This document shows positions 43,366 to 58,547 of a DNA stretch of 64,000 bases, piece after piece. This stretch comes from Escherichia coli. GTDB taxonomy: Bacteria > Pseudomonadota > Gammaproteobacteria > Enterobacterales > Enterobacteriaceae. Numbering within the stretch: the first letter of the stretch is position 1; every line of letters begins with the position of its first letter. Location of the stretch: the NCBI RefSeq assembly GCF_036507355.1, contig NZ_AP027877.1, one strand, 5' to 3'. Under the pieces are notes generated by a model. It was not told where the DNA came from. It made no database searches and was given only the letters and a program-made list of their open reading frames with translations. A program made the position numbers and the translations under genes.

Positions 43366-44217
43366 TTAACCCGCGTAAGCTGCCAGCATTTCCTGCGCCG
43401 CCAGTTTACCCAACGCATTCGCTGCGAAAGGACTGTCGCCGGTGAGAAGTTTACGGTCCTTATGTACTCGCCCGGTGATGTCGTCATTAATGATGTTCAT
43501 GCCCATTTTCTTCAGTTCTTCGCCGAAGTACCAGGTGAGATGACCCGGCATATAGCCAATCTCTGGCGTTTGTTTGTCTGCGGCGTCTGGGAATGCGCAA
43601 ATGGAATAACCATTCAGTGGGTTATCGCCGTGGCGAAGCGCCAGAAAAGCCGCCGGGCCGTGGCAAAGGGAGATAACAAAACGGTCATTTTTGATTGCCC
43701 ACTGTAAAGCGGCAGCTACGTCCTGGCTTTCAGGTAAACCAATAAGTGCGCCATGACCACCAGGAACAAAGATTGCTGCATATTCGCTATCAGCGTTGAG
43801 GCTGGCGACAACCTCCGCGAGTTTCTTCGGATTGCGGAACAACGATTTATGCTGCTCAAAGAATGGCATTACTTTTTCATCTTTGTGCGGCATAGCCCAG
43901 TATTCAAACTTGGTCATCAGACCGGAAATGGTCGCCACTTCGAATTCGAAACCTGCAGCATGGAGATGATACAACGGCAGCAACGTTTCAATCGGATGGT
44001 TACCGGTCGAGAACAGTTTTCCGTTATCGGTCGGCAAATAACGTTCGTCCGCGGCGATCACCAGAATTTTATGTTTACCGCGATACGGTTTTGGATAGTC
44101 CACGCCATCAAGATCAGAGACAGGACTGGTATATTGGCTAAGCGAATATTCTGAAGGGAAGAATGCATTATCTTCAGCAATATCGACCTGCGGATTTTTA
44201 CTTGTTTGAACAGTCAT
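43366..44217 (-). CDS. hchA: Hsp31 glyoxalase / protein deglycase
   Basis: 283-aa DJ-1/PfpI-family protein with catalytic Cys (ISLCHGPAA). Confidence 0.95.
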   Translation of the reverse strand: MTVQTSKNPQVDIAEDNAFFPSEYSLSQYTSPVSDLDGVDYPKPYRGKHKILVIAADERYLPTDNGKLFSTGNHPIETLLPLYHLHAAGFEFEVATISGLMTKFEYWAMPHKDEKVMPFFEQHKSLFRNPKKLAEVVASLNADSEYAAIFVPGGHGALIGLPESQDVAAALQWAIKNDRFVISLCHGPAAFLALRHGDNPLNGYSICAFPDAADKQTPEIGYMPGHLTWYFGEELKKMGMNIINDDITGRVHKDRKLLTGDSPFAANALGKLAAQEMLAAYAG

Positions 44218-44808
44218 AGTGTATTCCTTATTGTTGCTTAGTTAGGGTAGTCACTATATTTGCGACTGAGCTGGTCGCTATTTTTAACCAGGCTAGAAAA
44301 TTGAGTCAATATATCGAAAGCGGTAGTCGGCGGGTGTAAGTATGTAATGATGATGCTGCACTGGTGTTGAATATTATTCACGCCAAATTTTCCTTATTGA
44401 GCAACGTCGTCGCAAGTGGCCTCAATGATTTTAGACCATTATCAAAGGTACGGGGCGGCGGGGAGAGATTTAGTGCTGTGGAATATTGTGGTGCTGATGA
44501 ATATTTATATCCAGGATTGGCAGAGAAAAAGCTTTTTTCATGCACTATTTTTGCAAATATTTCTATATGGGAGGCGGTTTTGTTGCAGATTAATTCATAA
44601 AGAAATGCATTTGGGTCTTGGTTTGAAGAGTAGCTGGTTGATGTTATTGTGCCAGGAGGTGCAGGATAAGGGGCTGTATCGATATGCTTTGGCAATTGCG
44701 CGTGCCGCAGAGGGAGATGAAATGCCAATAAAAAAGCCTGAGTTCGATGAGGGACGAACTCAGGCTAGTGTTAAGTTTTACAGTAACACGCCGCAGCGAG
44801 TTGGCTGA

Positions 44809-45996
44809 TTAGAACTGGTAGACTAAGCCCACAGCAACGATATCATCGGTAGCGATGCCGTTTTCTTTGTAGAAGTCGTCGTCGTTGTCCAGCAGGTTGA
44901 TTTTGTAATCAACATAAGTGGACATGTTTTTGTTGAAGTAGTAGGTCATACCAATATCAACATATTTAACCAGATCTTTGTTGGTGTAATGATGATTACC
45001 CTGGCTGTCGAAGTTATCACTATTTACACCGCCTAAATCCTTACCTTTAGATTGCAGGTAAGCGATGGACGGGCGCAGACCGAAGTCGAACTGATACTGA
45101 GCAACAACTTCAAAGTTTTGGGTTTTGTTAGCGATGGCATCAGCATCACCGTAACCAGTCATGTTACGGGTTTCAGCATACATAGCTGCTAAGTAAACGT
45201 TATTAGCGTCGTATTTAGCACCAACGGTCCATGCTTCTGCTGTTTCACCGCCAGCAGTTGCATCGAAGCGATCTCCATAACGAGTGTTATGAGTACCTTT
45301 GTGAACCTGATTGTCGGTACGGTCAGAGTTAGAGTAAGCAGCGCCCAGACTTAAACCAAAGTCAAAGTCATAGGAAGTGGACATACCGTAACCGTCGCCG
45401 TTCTCTTTAGCAAGTTTACGTCCATTACCGTTACCTGAACCTTCTTGATCAAATAATCCGCTTTTCTCGTTGTTACCCTGATACTGGAGTGCAAAGTTCA
45501 GACCATCAACTTGACCAAAGAAACCATTGTTACGATAGGTTGCTACGCTGTTAGCACGACCGTTCATGAAGTTGTCAGCGCCAGCATAGGTATCTCCACC
45601 AAATTCTGGCAGCATATCGGTCCATGCTTCTACGTCATATACGACACCGTAGTTACGACCATAGTCGAAAGTACCATTCTGACCAAAGCCGAAACCTGCA
45701 AATGCCAGACGCGTTGCGGTATTACCCTTGTCGCTTTCAGGACCGTTTGCGCCAATGTTAAATTCCCACTGACCATAACCAGTGAACTGGTCAGCGATCT
45801 GGGTTTCACCTTTGAAACCGATACGGGCATATGACATGTCGCCATCACTGCCAGAGTCATCAGAGAAGTAGTGCAGACCCGCTACTTTTCCGTACAAATC
45901 CAGTTTATTGCCATCTTTATTATAGACTTCAGCCGCATTTGCTGCGCCAGCAACTAATAACGCCGGGACCAGCATTGCCAGAACTTTTCTTTTCAT
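44809..45996 (-). CDS. yedS: OmpC/OmpF-family outer-membrane porin, apparently intact
   Basis: 395 aa from [21 protein letters not shown]; C-terminal ...VGLVYQF; uninterrupted reading frame. Confidence 0.8.
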   Translation of the reverse strand: MKRKVLAMLVPALLVAGAANAAEVYNKDGNKLDLYGKVAGLHYFSDDSGSDGDMSYARIGFKGETQIADQFTGYGQWEFNIGANGPESDKGNTATRLAFAGFGFGQNGTFDYGRNYGVVYDVEAWTDMLPEFGGDTYAGADNFMNGRANSVATYRNNGFFGQVDGLNFALQYQGNNEKSGLFDQEGSGNGNGRKLAKENGDGYGMSTSYDFDFGLSLGAAYSNSDRTDNQVHKGTHNTRYGDRFDATAGGETAEAWTVGAKYDANNVYLAAMYAETRNMTGYGDADAIANKTQNFEVVAQYQFDFGLRPSIAYLQSKGKDLGGVNSDNFDSQGNHHYTNKDLVKYVDIGMTYYFNKNMSTYVDYKINLLDNDDDFYKENGIATDDIVAVGLVYQF

Positions 45997-46315
45997 TATG
46001 TATTCCCTTGTGATTATAATCTTCATGAATATATCAATAAGTGCCGTTATCCAAAAAAAAGCACATTTGGATACTATTCTATGAAGTTCATTTTATTTTA
46101 AAGATTACATGTAACAAATGTATTTAAAAGACTTCAAAATGTTTCTAATCTATTTAATATGATTCATAATTATGAATTCTAAATATAAATATTCATGAAA
46201 ATTATAAGTATATATCAATATGTTATGAGTTGAGCGGAAAGATAGGGAGTATCAATGATTGTTACGCCAAACACCTGGTGTGATCACGCGCACATTAATG
46301 AAGGCATAAAAAAAA

Positions 46316-46332
46316 GCCGGCATCATGCCGGC
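46316..46332 (-). terminator. Stem-loop terminator, possible 3' end of a small RNA between yedS and yedR
   Basis: gccggcatcatgccggc palindrome flanked by A-run (plus strand) and T-run (minus strand). Confidence 0.45.
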
Positions 46333-46562
46333 CCAAAAAATATAAACAAGACGATAAAAGGCTAATAACGGAAGCATCATGACACAGAATAATAAAAAGG
46401 TATAATTGTAATCAGTGCTAATATATTGATTGAATGAATTAATAAAGCCGATATCAAAGATAAATAAAATCGCTCAAAACGATTTTTCCTGTATTCACTG
46501 CCGTTGCGCAAAAATTATCTATTTGTTCAAAAAATGAGTGAGTCTTGACTGGCTCATTCAAT

Positions 46563-46928
46563 GTGGAAAAATGTGACTTTTATCACATAATAGTACTAAG
46601 TCTGAATTTTCCGGGTTATCTCAAAATGGAATACGGTTCGACAAAGATGGAAGAGAGACTCTCTCGCAGCCCTGGCGGCAAACTGGCTTTGTGGGCTTTC
46701 TATACATGGTGTGGCTATTTCGTCTGAGCAATGGCGCGTTACATCTGGGTGATGAGCCGGATCCCCGATGCCCCCGTGTCGGGATTTGAAAGCGATTTAG
46801 GCTCTACCGCGGGAAAGTGGTTAGGGGCACTGGTCGGATTTTTATTTATGGCTCTGGTCGGGGCATTGTTAGGCAGCATTGCCTGGTACACCCGACCTCG
46901 TCCCGCACGTAGCAGACGCTATGAATAA
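46563..46928 (+). pseudogene. yedR: Inner-membrane protein YedR interrupted by in-frame TGA
   Basis: Two same-frame ORFs separated only by TGA at 46725..46727; GTG 46563 to stop 46928 gives 121 codons. Confidence 0.55.
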
Positions 46929-46967
46929 AAACTGCTAAGGTTGCGACTCTTTGGCAACGGAGCGCGT

Positions 46968-47663
46968 ATGGACTTACAACACTGGCAGGCACAGTTCGAA
47001 AACTGGTTGAAAAACCATCATCAGCACCAGGACGCGGCCCATGACGTGTGTCATTTTCGCCGCGTCTGGGCTACGGCACAGAAGCTGGCGGCAGATGATG
47101 ACGTCGATATGCTGGTGATTTTAACCGCCTGTTATTTTCACGATATTGTGAGCCTGGCGAAAAATCATCCGCAAAGGCAGCGTTCTTCAATCCTGGCGGC
47201 AGAAGAGACGCGTCGCCTGCTCCGTGAAGAGTTCGTGCAATTTCCGGCGGAGAAAATTGAGGCCGTTTGTCATGCAATTGCCGCTCACAGTTTCAGCGCG
47301 CAAATTGCCCCCTTAACAACGGAAGCTAAAATCGTCCAGGATGCGGATCGGCTGGAAGCCCTGGGAGCGATTGGCCTGGCGCGCGTGTTTGCCGTTTCAG
47401 GGGCATTGGGCGTGGCGCTGTTTGATGGCGAAGATCCGTTCGCACAGCATCGCCCGCTTGATGATAAACGTTACGCGCTGGATCATTTCCAGACTAAGTT
47501 GCTGAAGCTACCGCAAACCATGCAAACCGTAAGAGGCAAGCAGCTGGCGCAGCACAACGCGCAATTTTTAGTCGAGTTTATGGCGAAGCTCAGTGCCGAA
47601 CTGGCGGGGGAGAATGAAGGTGTCGATCACAAGGTGATAGATGCGTTTTCACCTGCGGGCTGA
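46968..47663 (+). CDS. yedJ: HD-domain phosphohydrolase
   Basis: 231 aa from MDLQHWQ; HD motif (CYFHDIV). Confidence 0.85.
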   Translation: MDLQHWQAQFENWLKNHHQHQDAAHDVCHFRRVWATAQKLAADDDVDMLVILTACYFHDIVSLAKNHPQRQRSSILAAEETRRLLREEFVQFPAEKIEAVCHAIAAHSFSAQIAPLTTEAKIVQDADRLEALGAIGLARVFAVSGALGVALFDGEDPFAQHRPLDDKRYALDHFQTKLLKLPQTMQTVRGKQLAQHNAQFLVEFMAKLSAELAGENEGVDHKVIDAFSPAG

Positions 47664-47729
47664 GCGCGTGGCCCTAAATGGCTGTAATTATGTTAACCTG
47701 TCGGCCATCTCAGATGGCCGGTTAAATCT

Positions 47730-49148
47730 ATGCAGGAAAATATATCAGTAACCGATTCATACAGCACCGGGAATGCCGCACAGGCAATGCTGGAGAAACT
47801 GCTGCAAATTTATGATGTTAAAACGCTGGTGGCGCAGCTTAATGGTGTGGGTGAGAATCACTGGAGCGCGGCAATTTTAAAACGTGCGCTGGCGAATGAC
47901 TCGGCATGGCACCGTTTAAGTGAGAAAGAGTTCGCCCATCTGCAAACGTTGTTACCCAAACCACCGGCACATCATCCGCATTATGCGTTTCGCTTTATCG
48001 ATCTATTTGCCGGAATTGGCGGTATCCGTCGCGGTTTTGAATCGATTGGCGGACAGTGCGTGTTTACCAGCGAATGGAACAAACATGCGGTACGCACTTA
48101 TAAAGCCAACCATTATTGCGACCCGGCGACGCATCATTTTAATGAAGATATCCGCGACATCACCCTCAGCCATAAAGAAGGCGTGAGTGATGAGGCGGCG
48201 GCGGAACATATTCGTCAACACATTCCTGAACACGATGTTTTACTGGCCGGTTTCCCTTGTCAGCCATTTTCGCTGGCTGGCGTATCGAAAAAGAACTCGC
48301 TCGGGCGGGCGCACGGTTTTGCCTGCGATACTCAGGGCACGCTGTTCTTTGATGTGGTGCGCATTATCGACGCGCGTCATCCGGCGATGTTTGTGCTCGA
48401 AAACGTCAAAAACCTGAAAAGCCACGACCAGGGTAAAACGTTCCGCATCATCATGCAGACGCTGGACGAACTGGGCTATGACGTGGCTGATGCAGAAGAT
48501 AACGGGCCGGACGATCCGAAAATCATCGATGGTAAACATTTTCTGCCGCAGCACCGTGAACGCATCGTGCTGGTGGGTTTTCGTCGCGATCTTAATCTGA
48601 AAGCCGATTTTACTCTGCGTGATATCAGCGAATGTTTCCCTGCACAGCGAGTGACGCTGGCGCAGCTGCTGGACCCGATGGTCGAGGCGAAATATATCCT
48701 GACGCCGGTGCTGTGGAAGTACCTCTATCGTTATGCGAAAAAACATCAGGCGCGCGGTAACGGCTTCGGTTATGGAATGGTTTATCCGAACAATCCGCAA
48801 AGCGTCACGCGTACGCTGTCTGCGCGTTATTACAAAGATGGCGCGGAAATTTTAATCGATCGCGGCTGGGATATGGCCACGGGTGAGAAAGACTTTGACG
48901 ATCCGCTGAATCAGCAACATCGTCCACGTCGGTTAACGCCTCGGGAATGCGCGCGCTTAATGGGTTTTGAAGCGCCGGGAGAAGCGAAATTCCGCATTCC
49001 GGTTTCGGACACTCAGGCCTATCGCCAGTTCGGTAACTCGGTGGTCGTGCCGGTCTTTGCCGCGGTGGCAAAACTGCTTGAGCCAAAAATCAAACAGGCG
49101 GTGGCGTTGCGTCAGCAAGAGGCACAACATGGCCGACGTTCACGATAA
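47730..49148 (+). CDS. dcm: DNA cytosine-5 methyltransferase
   Basis: 472 aa; motifs FAGIGG and PCQPFS. Confidence 0.95.
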   Translation: MQENISVTDSYSTGNAAQAMLEKLLQIYDVKTLVAQLNGVGENHWSAAILKRALANDSAWHRLSEKEFAHLQTLLPKPPAHHPHYAFRFIDLFAGIGGIRRGFESIGGQCVFTSEWNKHAVRTYKANHYCDPATHHFNEDIRDITLSHKEGVSDEAAAEHIRQHIPEHDVLLAGFPCQPFSLAGVSKKNSLGRAHGFACDTQGTLFFDVVRIIDARHPAMFVLENVKNLKSHDQGKTFRIIMQTLDELGYDVADAEDNGPDDPKIIDGKHFLPQHRERIVLVGFRRDLNLKADFTLRDISECFPAQRVTLAQLLDPMVEAKYILTPVLWKYLYRYAKKHQARGNGFGYGMVYPNNPQSVTRTLSARYYKDGAEILIDRGWDMATGEKDFDDPLNQQHRPRRLTPRECARLMGFEAPGEAKFRIPVSDTQAYRQFGNSVVVPVFAAVAKLLEPKIKQAVALRQQEAQHGRRSR

Positions 49149-49599
49149 GGCCACTCGCAGCAAAAATATGCGCGCGATTGCCACGCGTGATACGGCGATT
49201 GAGAAGCGCCTCGCCAGTCTGTTAACCGGGCAGGGCCTGGCGTTTCGCGTTCAGGACGCCAGTCTGCCCGGACGCCCGGATTTTGTCGTTGATGAATATC
49301 GCTGCGTGATATTTACCCATGGCTGCTTCTGGCATCATCATCACTGCTATCTGTTTAAAGTGCCTGCGACTCGAAGCGAGTTCTGGCTGGAGAAGATAGG
49401 TAAAAATGTTGAGCGCGATCGCCGCGATATCAGTCGCTTGCAGGAACTCGGCTGGCGCGTATTGATTGTCTGGGAGTGCGCGTTACGTGGGCGCGAGAAG
49501 CTGACGGATGAAGCGCTTACCGAGCGTCTGGAAGAGTGGATCTGCGGCGAAGGTGCCAGCGCGCAGATCGACACGCAGGGGATACATTTACTCGCTTGA
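49129..49599 (+). CDS. vsr: Very-short-patch repair endonuclease
   Basis: 156 aa from [14 protein letters not shown]; overlaps 3' end of dcm. Confidence 0.95.
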   Translation: MADVHDKATRSKNMRAIATRDTAIEKRLASLLTGQGLAFRVQDASLPGRPDFVVDEYRCVIFTHGCFWHHHHCYLFKVPATRSEFWLEKIGKNVERDRRDISRLQELGWRVLIVWECALRGREKLTDEALTERLEEWICGEGASAQIDTQGIHLLA

Positions 49600-50508
49600 T
49601 GCGTCCTGAATAACTGGCGCAACTACGGGTTTTGCCGGGAAGAGATATTTTCCCAACGTGACCAGTACCACCGCGAAGACAATTACGCCGAGCGCCAGCC
49701 ATTCAATCTTCGACAGCGTCTCTCCGCCCAGTCCCGTACCCAGCAAGACCGCGACCACCGGGTTAACGTAGGCGTAGCTGGTGGCGAGAGCCGGACTGAC
49801 ATTACGGATTAAATACATATAAGCGTTGATGGCGATAATCGAACCAAACAGCGCCAGATAGCCGACCGCAAGGAAGCCTGAAAGGGAAGGGAGCGCCGTC
49901 AGTTTTTCACCCGCAATCATCGACGCGATCATTAACACCACGCCTGCCGCCAGCATCTCAATCGCACCCGCCATCATCCCTACAGGTAAGGTAATGCGCG
50001 AGCCATAAACTGAGCCAAACGCCCAGCTAATCGAGCCGATTAAAATCAGAATCGCGCCCCACGGATTGCCGCTTAAATTTCCACCGCTATTGAGCATGAT
50101 GATTCCGGCAAGCCCAATGGCAATACCCACCCATTCCAGTTTGCGCGTTTTAATGCCAAACAGGCGGCTGAAGCACAGGGTAAAGAGGGGCACGGTTGCA
50201 ACCACTACGGCGGCGATGCCGGAAGGAACATTTTGATGTTCGGCAACCGTCACCATGCCATTACCGACAGCCAGCAATAACAGGCCAATCAGCGCGGCAT
50301 TGAGCAGCGGACGTAGCGGGGGGAGTTTGTGTCCGCGCAGTAGCAAAAATGCCAGCAATAAAATACCGGCTACCAGGAATCGAACGCCCGCCATCATTAA
50401 CGGAGGCCAGCTTTCCACGCCAATCCGAATGACAAAATAGGTTGAGCCCCAAATGATATACAACGCAAACAGCGCGCCAAAAAGCGGTAACAACTGGCGG
50501 AAACGCAT
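49588..50508 (-). CDS. yedA: EamA-family (DMT) transporter
   Basis: 306-aa 10-TM protein. Confidence 0.85.
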   Translation of the reverse strand: MRFRQLLPLFGALFALYIIWGSTYFVIRIGVESWPPLMMAGVRFLVAGILLLAFLLLRGHKLPPLRPLLNAALIGLLLLAVGNGMVTVAEHQNVPSGIAAVVVATVPLFTLCFSRLFGIKTRKLEWVGIAIGLAGIIMLNSGGNLSGNPWGAILILIGSISWAFGSVYGSRITLPVGMMAGAIEMLAAGVVLMIASMIAGEKLTALPSLSGFLAVGYLALFGSIIAINAYMYLIRNVSPALATSYAYVNPVVAVLLGTGLGGETLSKIEWLALGVIVFAVVLVTLGKYLFPAKPVVAPVIQDASSE

Positions 50509-50680
50509 AATCCCTCACGGTGGAAATAAAAAGGTGGTTCATAGTAAACGTGAAAATCATTCTGCTGGCGAGAGATATAATTGCACTTGATTGTTAAAAA
50601 AATGTTGACCTGTGAAGCAAGTATCAGAGCTGCCGTTTTTGCTTCATACTTACACCCTTCAACAATAAAAATGAGAGGGA

Positions 50681-51598
50681 ATGCTTTTGGCCGGGAGTAG
50701 TTTACTGACGTTGCTCGATGATATCGCCACACTGCTGGACGATATCTCCGTGATGGGCAAACTGGCGGCGAAGAAAACCGCCGGTGTATTAGGGGATGAC
50801 TTATCGCTCAATGCGCAACAAGTTTCAGGCGTGCGGGCCAACCGGGAACTTCCCGTGGTCTGGGGCGTGGCGAAAGGATCGCTGATTAATAAAGTGATTC
50901 TGGTGCCACTGGCGCTGATCATCAGTGCGTTTATCCCGTGGGCGATTACGCCTCTGTTGATGATTGGTGGCGCGTTTCTCTGCTTTGAAGGGGTAGAGAA
51001 AGTGCTGCATATGCTGGAGGCGCGTAAACATAAAGAAGATCCGGCGCAGAGTCAGCAGCGTCTGGAGAAGCTGGCGGCGCAGGATCCGCTGAAGTTTGAA
51101 AAGGACAAAATAAAAGGGGCGATTCGTACCGATTTTATATTGTCTGCCGAAATCGTCGCCATCACGCTGGGGATTGTGGCCGAAGCGCCGTTGCTTAATC
51201 AGGTGCTGGTGCTTTCAGGCATCGCGCTGGTAGTGACCGTGGGCGTCTACGGTCTGGTAGGGGTTATCGTTAAGATTGATGACCTGGGGTATTGGCTGGC
51301 GGAAAAATCCAGCGCGCTGATGCAGGCATTAGGTAAAGGGTTATTGATTATCGCGCCCTGGCTGATGAAAGCGTTATCGATTGTCGGCACGCTGGCGATG
51401 TTCCTCGTCGGCGGCGGGATTGTGGTACATGGTATTGCGCCGCTGCATCACGCCATTGAACATTTCGCCGGGCAGCAAAGTGCAGTGGTGGCGATGATAT
51501 TACCGACTGTTTTAAATCTGATTCTTGGATTTATCATCGGCGGCATCGTGGTGCTGGGAGTGAAAGCCGTAGCGAAAATGCGCGGTCAGGCACATTAA
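50681..51598 (+). CDS. yedI: DUF808 inner-membrane protein
   Basis: 305-aa ORF; synteny. Confidence 0.85.
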   Translation: MLLAGSSLLTLLDDIATLLDDISVMGKLAAKKTAGVLGDDLSLNAQQVSGVRANRELPVVWGVAKGSLINKVILVPLALIISAFIPWAITPLLMIGGAFLCFEGVEKVLHMLEARKHKEDPAQSQQRLEKLAAQDPLKFEKDKIKGAIRTDFILSAEIVAITLGIVAEAPLLNQVLVLSGIALVVTVGVYGLVGVIVKIDDLGYWLAEKSSALMQALGKGLLIIAPWLMKALSIVGTLAMFLVGGGIVVHGIAPLHHAIEHFAGQQSAVVAMILPTVLNLILGFIIGGIVVLGVKAVAKMRGQAH

Positions 51599-51676
51599 TA
51601 CTCGCACAGGCTATTATGCAAAATTCGCCATCTTCAACTAAGGTGAACAAGTTTCACTCGAAAAAAGGAGGCGAGT

Positions 51677-51859
51677 ATGAGCTTTATGGTTAGTGAGGAA
51701 GTTACGGTTAAAGAGGGCGGCCCGCGGATGATTGTCACTGGATACTCCAGCGGTATGGTTGAGTGTCGTTGGTATGACGGTTACGGGGTCAAGCGGGAAG
51801 CTTTTCATGAAACCGAGCTTGTTCCGGGGGAGGGGAGTCGTTCTGCGGAAGAAGTTTGA
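51677..51859 (+). CDS. yodC: Small protein YodC
   Basis: 60-aa ORF with SD; synteny. Confidence 0.8.
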   Translation: MSFMVSEEVTVKEGGPRMIVTGYSSGMVECRWYDGYGVKREAFHETELVPGEGSRSAEEV

Positions 51860-51875
51860 AAGGGAATCATTAACG

Positions 51876-51900
51876 CCAGGCCGGATCACATCCGGCCTGG
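51876..51900. terminator. Palindromic stem-loop after yodC (terminator or REP-like)
   Basis: ccaggccggat-cac-atccggcctgg perfect inverted repeat. Confidence 0.4.
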
Positions 51901-52029
51901 TGTGCCAATGCCTGAAATGAATGATAGTCGCGTCTTATCATGCCACCATTATAAAATTATCGCTGTTTTGCGGTACGCTATCGCCAGGTTATGCCAGAAT
52001 CATAAAAAAGCAGGTGGGGAGTCGTCAGG

Positions 52030-54555
<2,526 letters not shown>

Positions 54556-54734
54556 TTACCAGGATGATTCTCAAAACAGCACAAATTATCAAAGATGATT
54601 TTTTCGGGAGCGATCCCGCTGACGCCAGAGCCACCAAGGGGTGACGTGCGTCACATTTCTATTCATAAGTAGCGTTAATCATTCATATGGCGAATATTTT
54701 CTTGTCAGCGAAAAAAATTGCGGATAAGGTGATG

Positions 54735-54822
54735 AACACATCAGATTTCCTGGTGTAACGAATTTTTTAAGTGCTTCTTGCTTAAGCAAGTTTCATCCCG
54801 ACCCCCTCAGGGTCGGGATTTT
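54735..54822 (+). ncRNA. dsrA: DsrA small regulatory RNA
   Basis: AACACATCAGATTTCCTGGTGTAACGAATTTTTTAAGTGCTTCTTGCTTAAGCAAGTTTCATCCCGACCCCCTCAGGGTCGGGATTT matches DsrA including terminator hairpin. Confidence 0.9.
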
Positions 54823-54834
54823 TTTATTGTGCAT

Positions 54835-55062
54835 TCAACGATTCACTTCAGAGACGCTGAAGTCATGAATATCCAGTTCGAAGGCATCCGCCAATTCACG
54901 CCATGTATGATATTCACGTCCATCGACGCTAACGTGTTCAGAATCGTTCTGGCTGCGATGAACTTCGCTTTCGCTAATTTCATTGATCGCCGCCAGCAGG
55001 GCATCGACATCGACGCTGACCTCACGTTTTGCGGTATCGCTGTACTCTTTTGCGGTTTTCAT
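54835..55062 (-). CDS. yodD: Stress-induced small protein YodD
   Basis: 75 aa from MKTAKEYSDT. Confidence 0.8.
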   Translation of the reverse strand: MKTAKEYSDTAKREVSVDVDALLAAINEISESEVHRSQNDSEHVSVDGREYHTWRELADAFELDIHDFSVSEVNR

Positions 55063-55134
55063 CATCTTTCCTCGCAACCGTTACTCTGTTGTTGCCGCCA
55101 GTCGTTAAGTCCGCCTGGCATCTCTTAAGTATAG

Positions 55135-55413
<279 letters not shown>

Positions 55414-55456
55414 TCTAATTCAGCCTGACTGGTGGGAAACCACCAGTCAGAATGTG

Positions 55457-56080
55457 TTAGCGCATGTTGACAAAAATACCATTAGTCACATTATCCGTCA
55501 GTCGGACGACATGGTAGATAACCTGTTTATTATGCGTTTTGATCTTACGTTTAATATTACCTTTATGCGATGAAACGGTCTTGGCTTTGATATTCATTTG
55601 GTCGGAGATTTGAATGGTTCCCTGACCTGCCATCCACATTCGCAACATACTCGATTCGGTTCGGCTCAATGATAACGTCGGCATATTTAAAAACGAGGTT
55701 ATCGTTGTCTCTTTTTTCAGAATATCGCCAAGGATATCGTCGAGAGATTCCGGTTTAATCGATTTAGAACTTATCAATAAATTTTTTCTGACCAATAGAT
55801 ATTCATCAAAATGAACATTGGCAATTGCCATAAAAACGATAAATAACGTATTGGGATGTTGATTAATGATGAGCTTGATACGCTGACTGTTAGAAGCATC
55901 ATGGATGAAACAGTCCTCATTAATAAACACCACTGAAGGGCGCTGTGAATCACAAGCTATGGCAAGGTCATCAACGGTTTCAATGTCGTTGATTTCTCTT
56001 TTTTTAACCCCTCTACTCAACAGATACCCGGTTAAACCTAGTCGGGTGTAACTACATAAATCCATAATAATCGTTGACAT
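55457..56080 (-). CDS. rcsA: Capsule synthesis regulator RcsA (LuxR-type HTH)
   Basis: 207-aa ORF recognised as RcsA. Confidence 0.95.
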
Positions 56081-56369
56081 GGCATACCCTCACTCAATGC
56101 GTAACGATAATTCCCCTTACCTGAATATTTCATCATGACTAAACGGAACAACATGGGTCACCTAATGCGCCACTCTCGCGATTTTTCAGGCGGACTTACT
56201 ATCCCGTAAAGTGTTGTATAATTTGCCTGGAATTGTCTTAAAGTAAAGTAAATGTTGCGATATGTGAGTGAGCTTAAAACAAATATTTCGCTGCAGGAGT
56301 ATCCTGGAAGATGTTCGTAGGTATTATTTTTCGGATAATCCTTAGGATAACATGATAAACGTTACGGAA

Positions 56370-57155
56370 TTATATTAATGGCAATTCACTAATAATATCA
56401 GCCAGCAAATTAAAAATTTCACTGAATAAATGTTCGCAAAAAGGCGCAATTAACGGCATTAATGCCGCCATTAAAGAGATGCCGACAGTCAGAGTTAATG
56501 GAAATCCAATAACAAAAATGGATAATTGCGGGGCCATACGATTAAGTAAACCTAATGCCAGATTCAGTGTCAGCAGCAGAGTAATGAGCGGTAACGCCAG
56601 CATCAGCCCGTTAAGGAAAATCAAACTCCCTGCTTTGGTGAGTGCCAGAAACGCATTGCTGTTCAACGGTTCGCCACCAATCGGCAGGGTGTGAAAGGTA
56701 TCGACCAGCAGTGAAATCAACCATAAATGACCGTTAAATGTCAGGAACAGCAGTAACGCCAGCATATCCATGATACGCGCTAAAACGGGCATATTAAGAT
56801 GGCTGGCCGGATCGACAAATGTCGCAAATGACAGCCCCATTTGCAGACCGATAATTTCGCCAGCGGTTCGCACAGCGGCAAAGGCAAATTGCATGGTAAA
56901 ACCAAGCGCAATGCCGATCAGGATCTGCTGCACGGCCAGCCACAGAGCAAAGAACGAAAAAACAGGAACATCGTTGGCAGGTAATGATGGAGCAATGGCG
57001 AATGTGATCATCATTGCCAGACCCAGTTTTACCCGTTTCGGTACGCTGCGTTCGCTCAGAATCGGCGCGGTGGAGATCAGCGCCAGCACGCGCAGTAACG
57101 GCCAGAAGTACAGGCTTAACCAGGATAGCCATTGTTCGCTTGTCACCTGCAACAT
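56370..57155 (-). CDS. fliR: Flagellar export apparatus protein FliR
   Basis: 261 aa from MLQVTSEQ; polytopic membrane protein. Confidence 0.9.
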   Translation of the reverse strand: MLQVTSEQWLSWLSLYFWPLLRVLALISTAPILSERSVPKRVKLGLAMMITFAIAPSLPANDVPVFSFFALWLAVQQILIGIALGFTMQFAFAAVRTAGEIIGLQMGLSFATFVDPASHLNMPVLARIMDMLALLLFLTFNGHLWLISLLVDTFHTLPIGGEPLNSNAFLALTKAGSLIFLNGLMLALPLITLLLTLNLALGLLNRMAPQLSIFVIGFPLTLTVGISLMAALMPLIAPFCEHLFSEIFNLLADIISELPLI

Positions 57156-57162
57156 AGTACGG

Positions 57163-57432
57163 CTACCCGATGATATACGGCAGGTTAGTGAACAAGGTGC
57201 GGACGTAATCCAGCAACAGATTGAGCATCCACGGTCCGGCAATAATAATGGCGATAAATACGGCGATGATTTTCGGAATAAACGACAGCGTCATTTCGTT
57301 AATCTGCGTGGCGGCCTGCAAAATACTGATGATAAGGCCCGTGACCAACGCTACCAACAATAGCGGGGCAGCCAGTGCCAGCGCGACTTTCATCGCTTCA
57401 GTCCCCATCATCATGACCGATTCAGGTGTCAT
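57163..57432 (-). CDS. fliQ: Flagellar export apparatus protein FliQ
   Basis: 89-aa two-TM protein. Confidence 0.95.
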   Translation of the reverse strand: MTPESVMMMGTEAMKVALALAAPLLLVALVTGLIISILQAATQINEMTLSFIPKIIAVFIAIIIAGPWMLNLLLDYVRTLFTNLPYIIG

Positions 57433-57441
57433 TTTGCCTCT

Positions 57442-58179
57442 CTAGCTGTAAAAGCTCTGCGCCAGCGAACCGACCAGCAATTGCCAGCCATCCACCAGTA
57501 CAAACAGCATCAGTTTAAAGGGCAGAGCAATGGTGGCTGGGGGAACCATCATCATCCCCAATGCCATCAACACGCTGGCTATCACCAGGTCGATAATCAA
57601 AAAAGGGATGAAAATCGTGAAGCCTATCTGAAATGCGGTTTTCAACTCGCTGGTCACGTAGGCCGGGAGCAAAATGCGCATCGGCACGGCTTCAGGTCCC
57701 TGCAACGGGCCGGTATTCGCCAGTCTGGCAAACAACCCTAAATCTGCCTCACGGGTCTGACGCAGCATAAACTCACGCAGCGGCTGCGCCCCTTTTTCCA
57801 GCGCCTCCTGCATTGATATTTTCTCTTCACTGAATGGCTGGTACGCATCGACATAAATTTTGTCGATCACTGGCGACATAATAAAAAAGGTCAAAAACAG
57901 TGCCAGCCCCAGCAATACCTGGTTAGGTGGCGCGGAGGGTGTTCCCAGTGCGTTACGCAATAAACCAAAAACAATGATGATGCGGGTGAAACTGGTCATC
58001 ATCAGTAAAATTGCCGGAATAAACGTCAACGAGGTGATGAACACCAGCGTCTGCACCGGGAGCGACCAGCTTTGTCCACCGCCAGGCAGCGGCTGGCTGG
58101 TGATACCCGGCAGTTGCGCGAAGGCGAGGGGCGTAATCAGCCAGAGAAGGACAGGTGCGACAGACAATAAACGACGCAT
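57442..58179 (-). CDS. fliP: Flagellar export apparatus protein FliP
   Basis: 245 aa with signal peptide. Confidence 0.95.
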   Translation of the reverse strand: MRRLLSVAPVLLWLITPLAFAQLPGITSQPLPGGGQSWSLPVQTLVFITSLTFIPAILLMMTSFTRIIIVFGLLRNALGTPSAPPNQVLLGLALFLTFFIMSPVIDKIYVDAYQPFSEEKISMQEALEKGAQPLREFMLRQTREADLGLFARLANTGPLQGPEAVPMRILLPAYVTSELKTAFQIGFTIFIPFLIIDLVIASVLMALGMMMVPPATIALPFKLMLFVLVDGWQLLVGSLAQSFYS

Positions 58180-58547
58180 CAGGATCTCCCACTACGCTTA
58201 AGCAAATTTTTCATGACCGACTGAAAATCGGTCTGCGGTATCTCTTCTGTTGGTGCTGAAGGGGGAAGTTTATGCAGCAGATTGATTTGCCCTGCGGTAA
58301 CGCCGAGCACCAGCCGTGCATCTTCCACATCGACCACCACAACCCGTTCACGCGCGCCCAGCGAAGCACTGGCGCTAATTTTCAGACCGTTAACGCCAGT
58401 GCGTTTAGGGGCAAATCCCAGCCGTTTTACCAGCCAGGCAGCAGCGAGGATCAGGGCAATAATGGCGATGAGTGCGCCGCTCACCTGCAGCAGTGGCGCA
58501 GCAGAAACCGGCGCGGAAGATTGCACAGTAGCGTGGTTATTCATCAC
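58179..58547 (-). CDS. fliO: Flagellar protein FliO
   Basis: 121-aa single-TM protein between fliN and fliP. Confidence 0.9.
   Translation of the reverse strand: MMNNHATVQSSAPVSAAPLLQVSGALIAIIALILAAAWLVKRLGFAPKRTGVNGLKISASASLGARERVVVVDVEDARLVLGVTAGQINLLHKLPPSAPTEEIPQTDFQSVMKNLLKRSGRS

Noticed and set aside
46725-46727. TGA in yedR as a selenocysteine codon
   Set aside because: No SECIS-like hairpin directly downstream and YedR is not a known selenoprotein. A nonsense mutation or downstream start is the simpler explanation.
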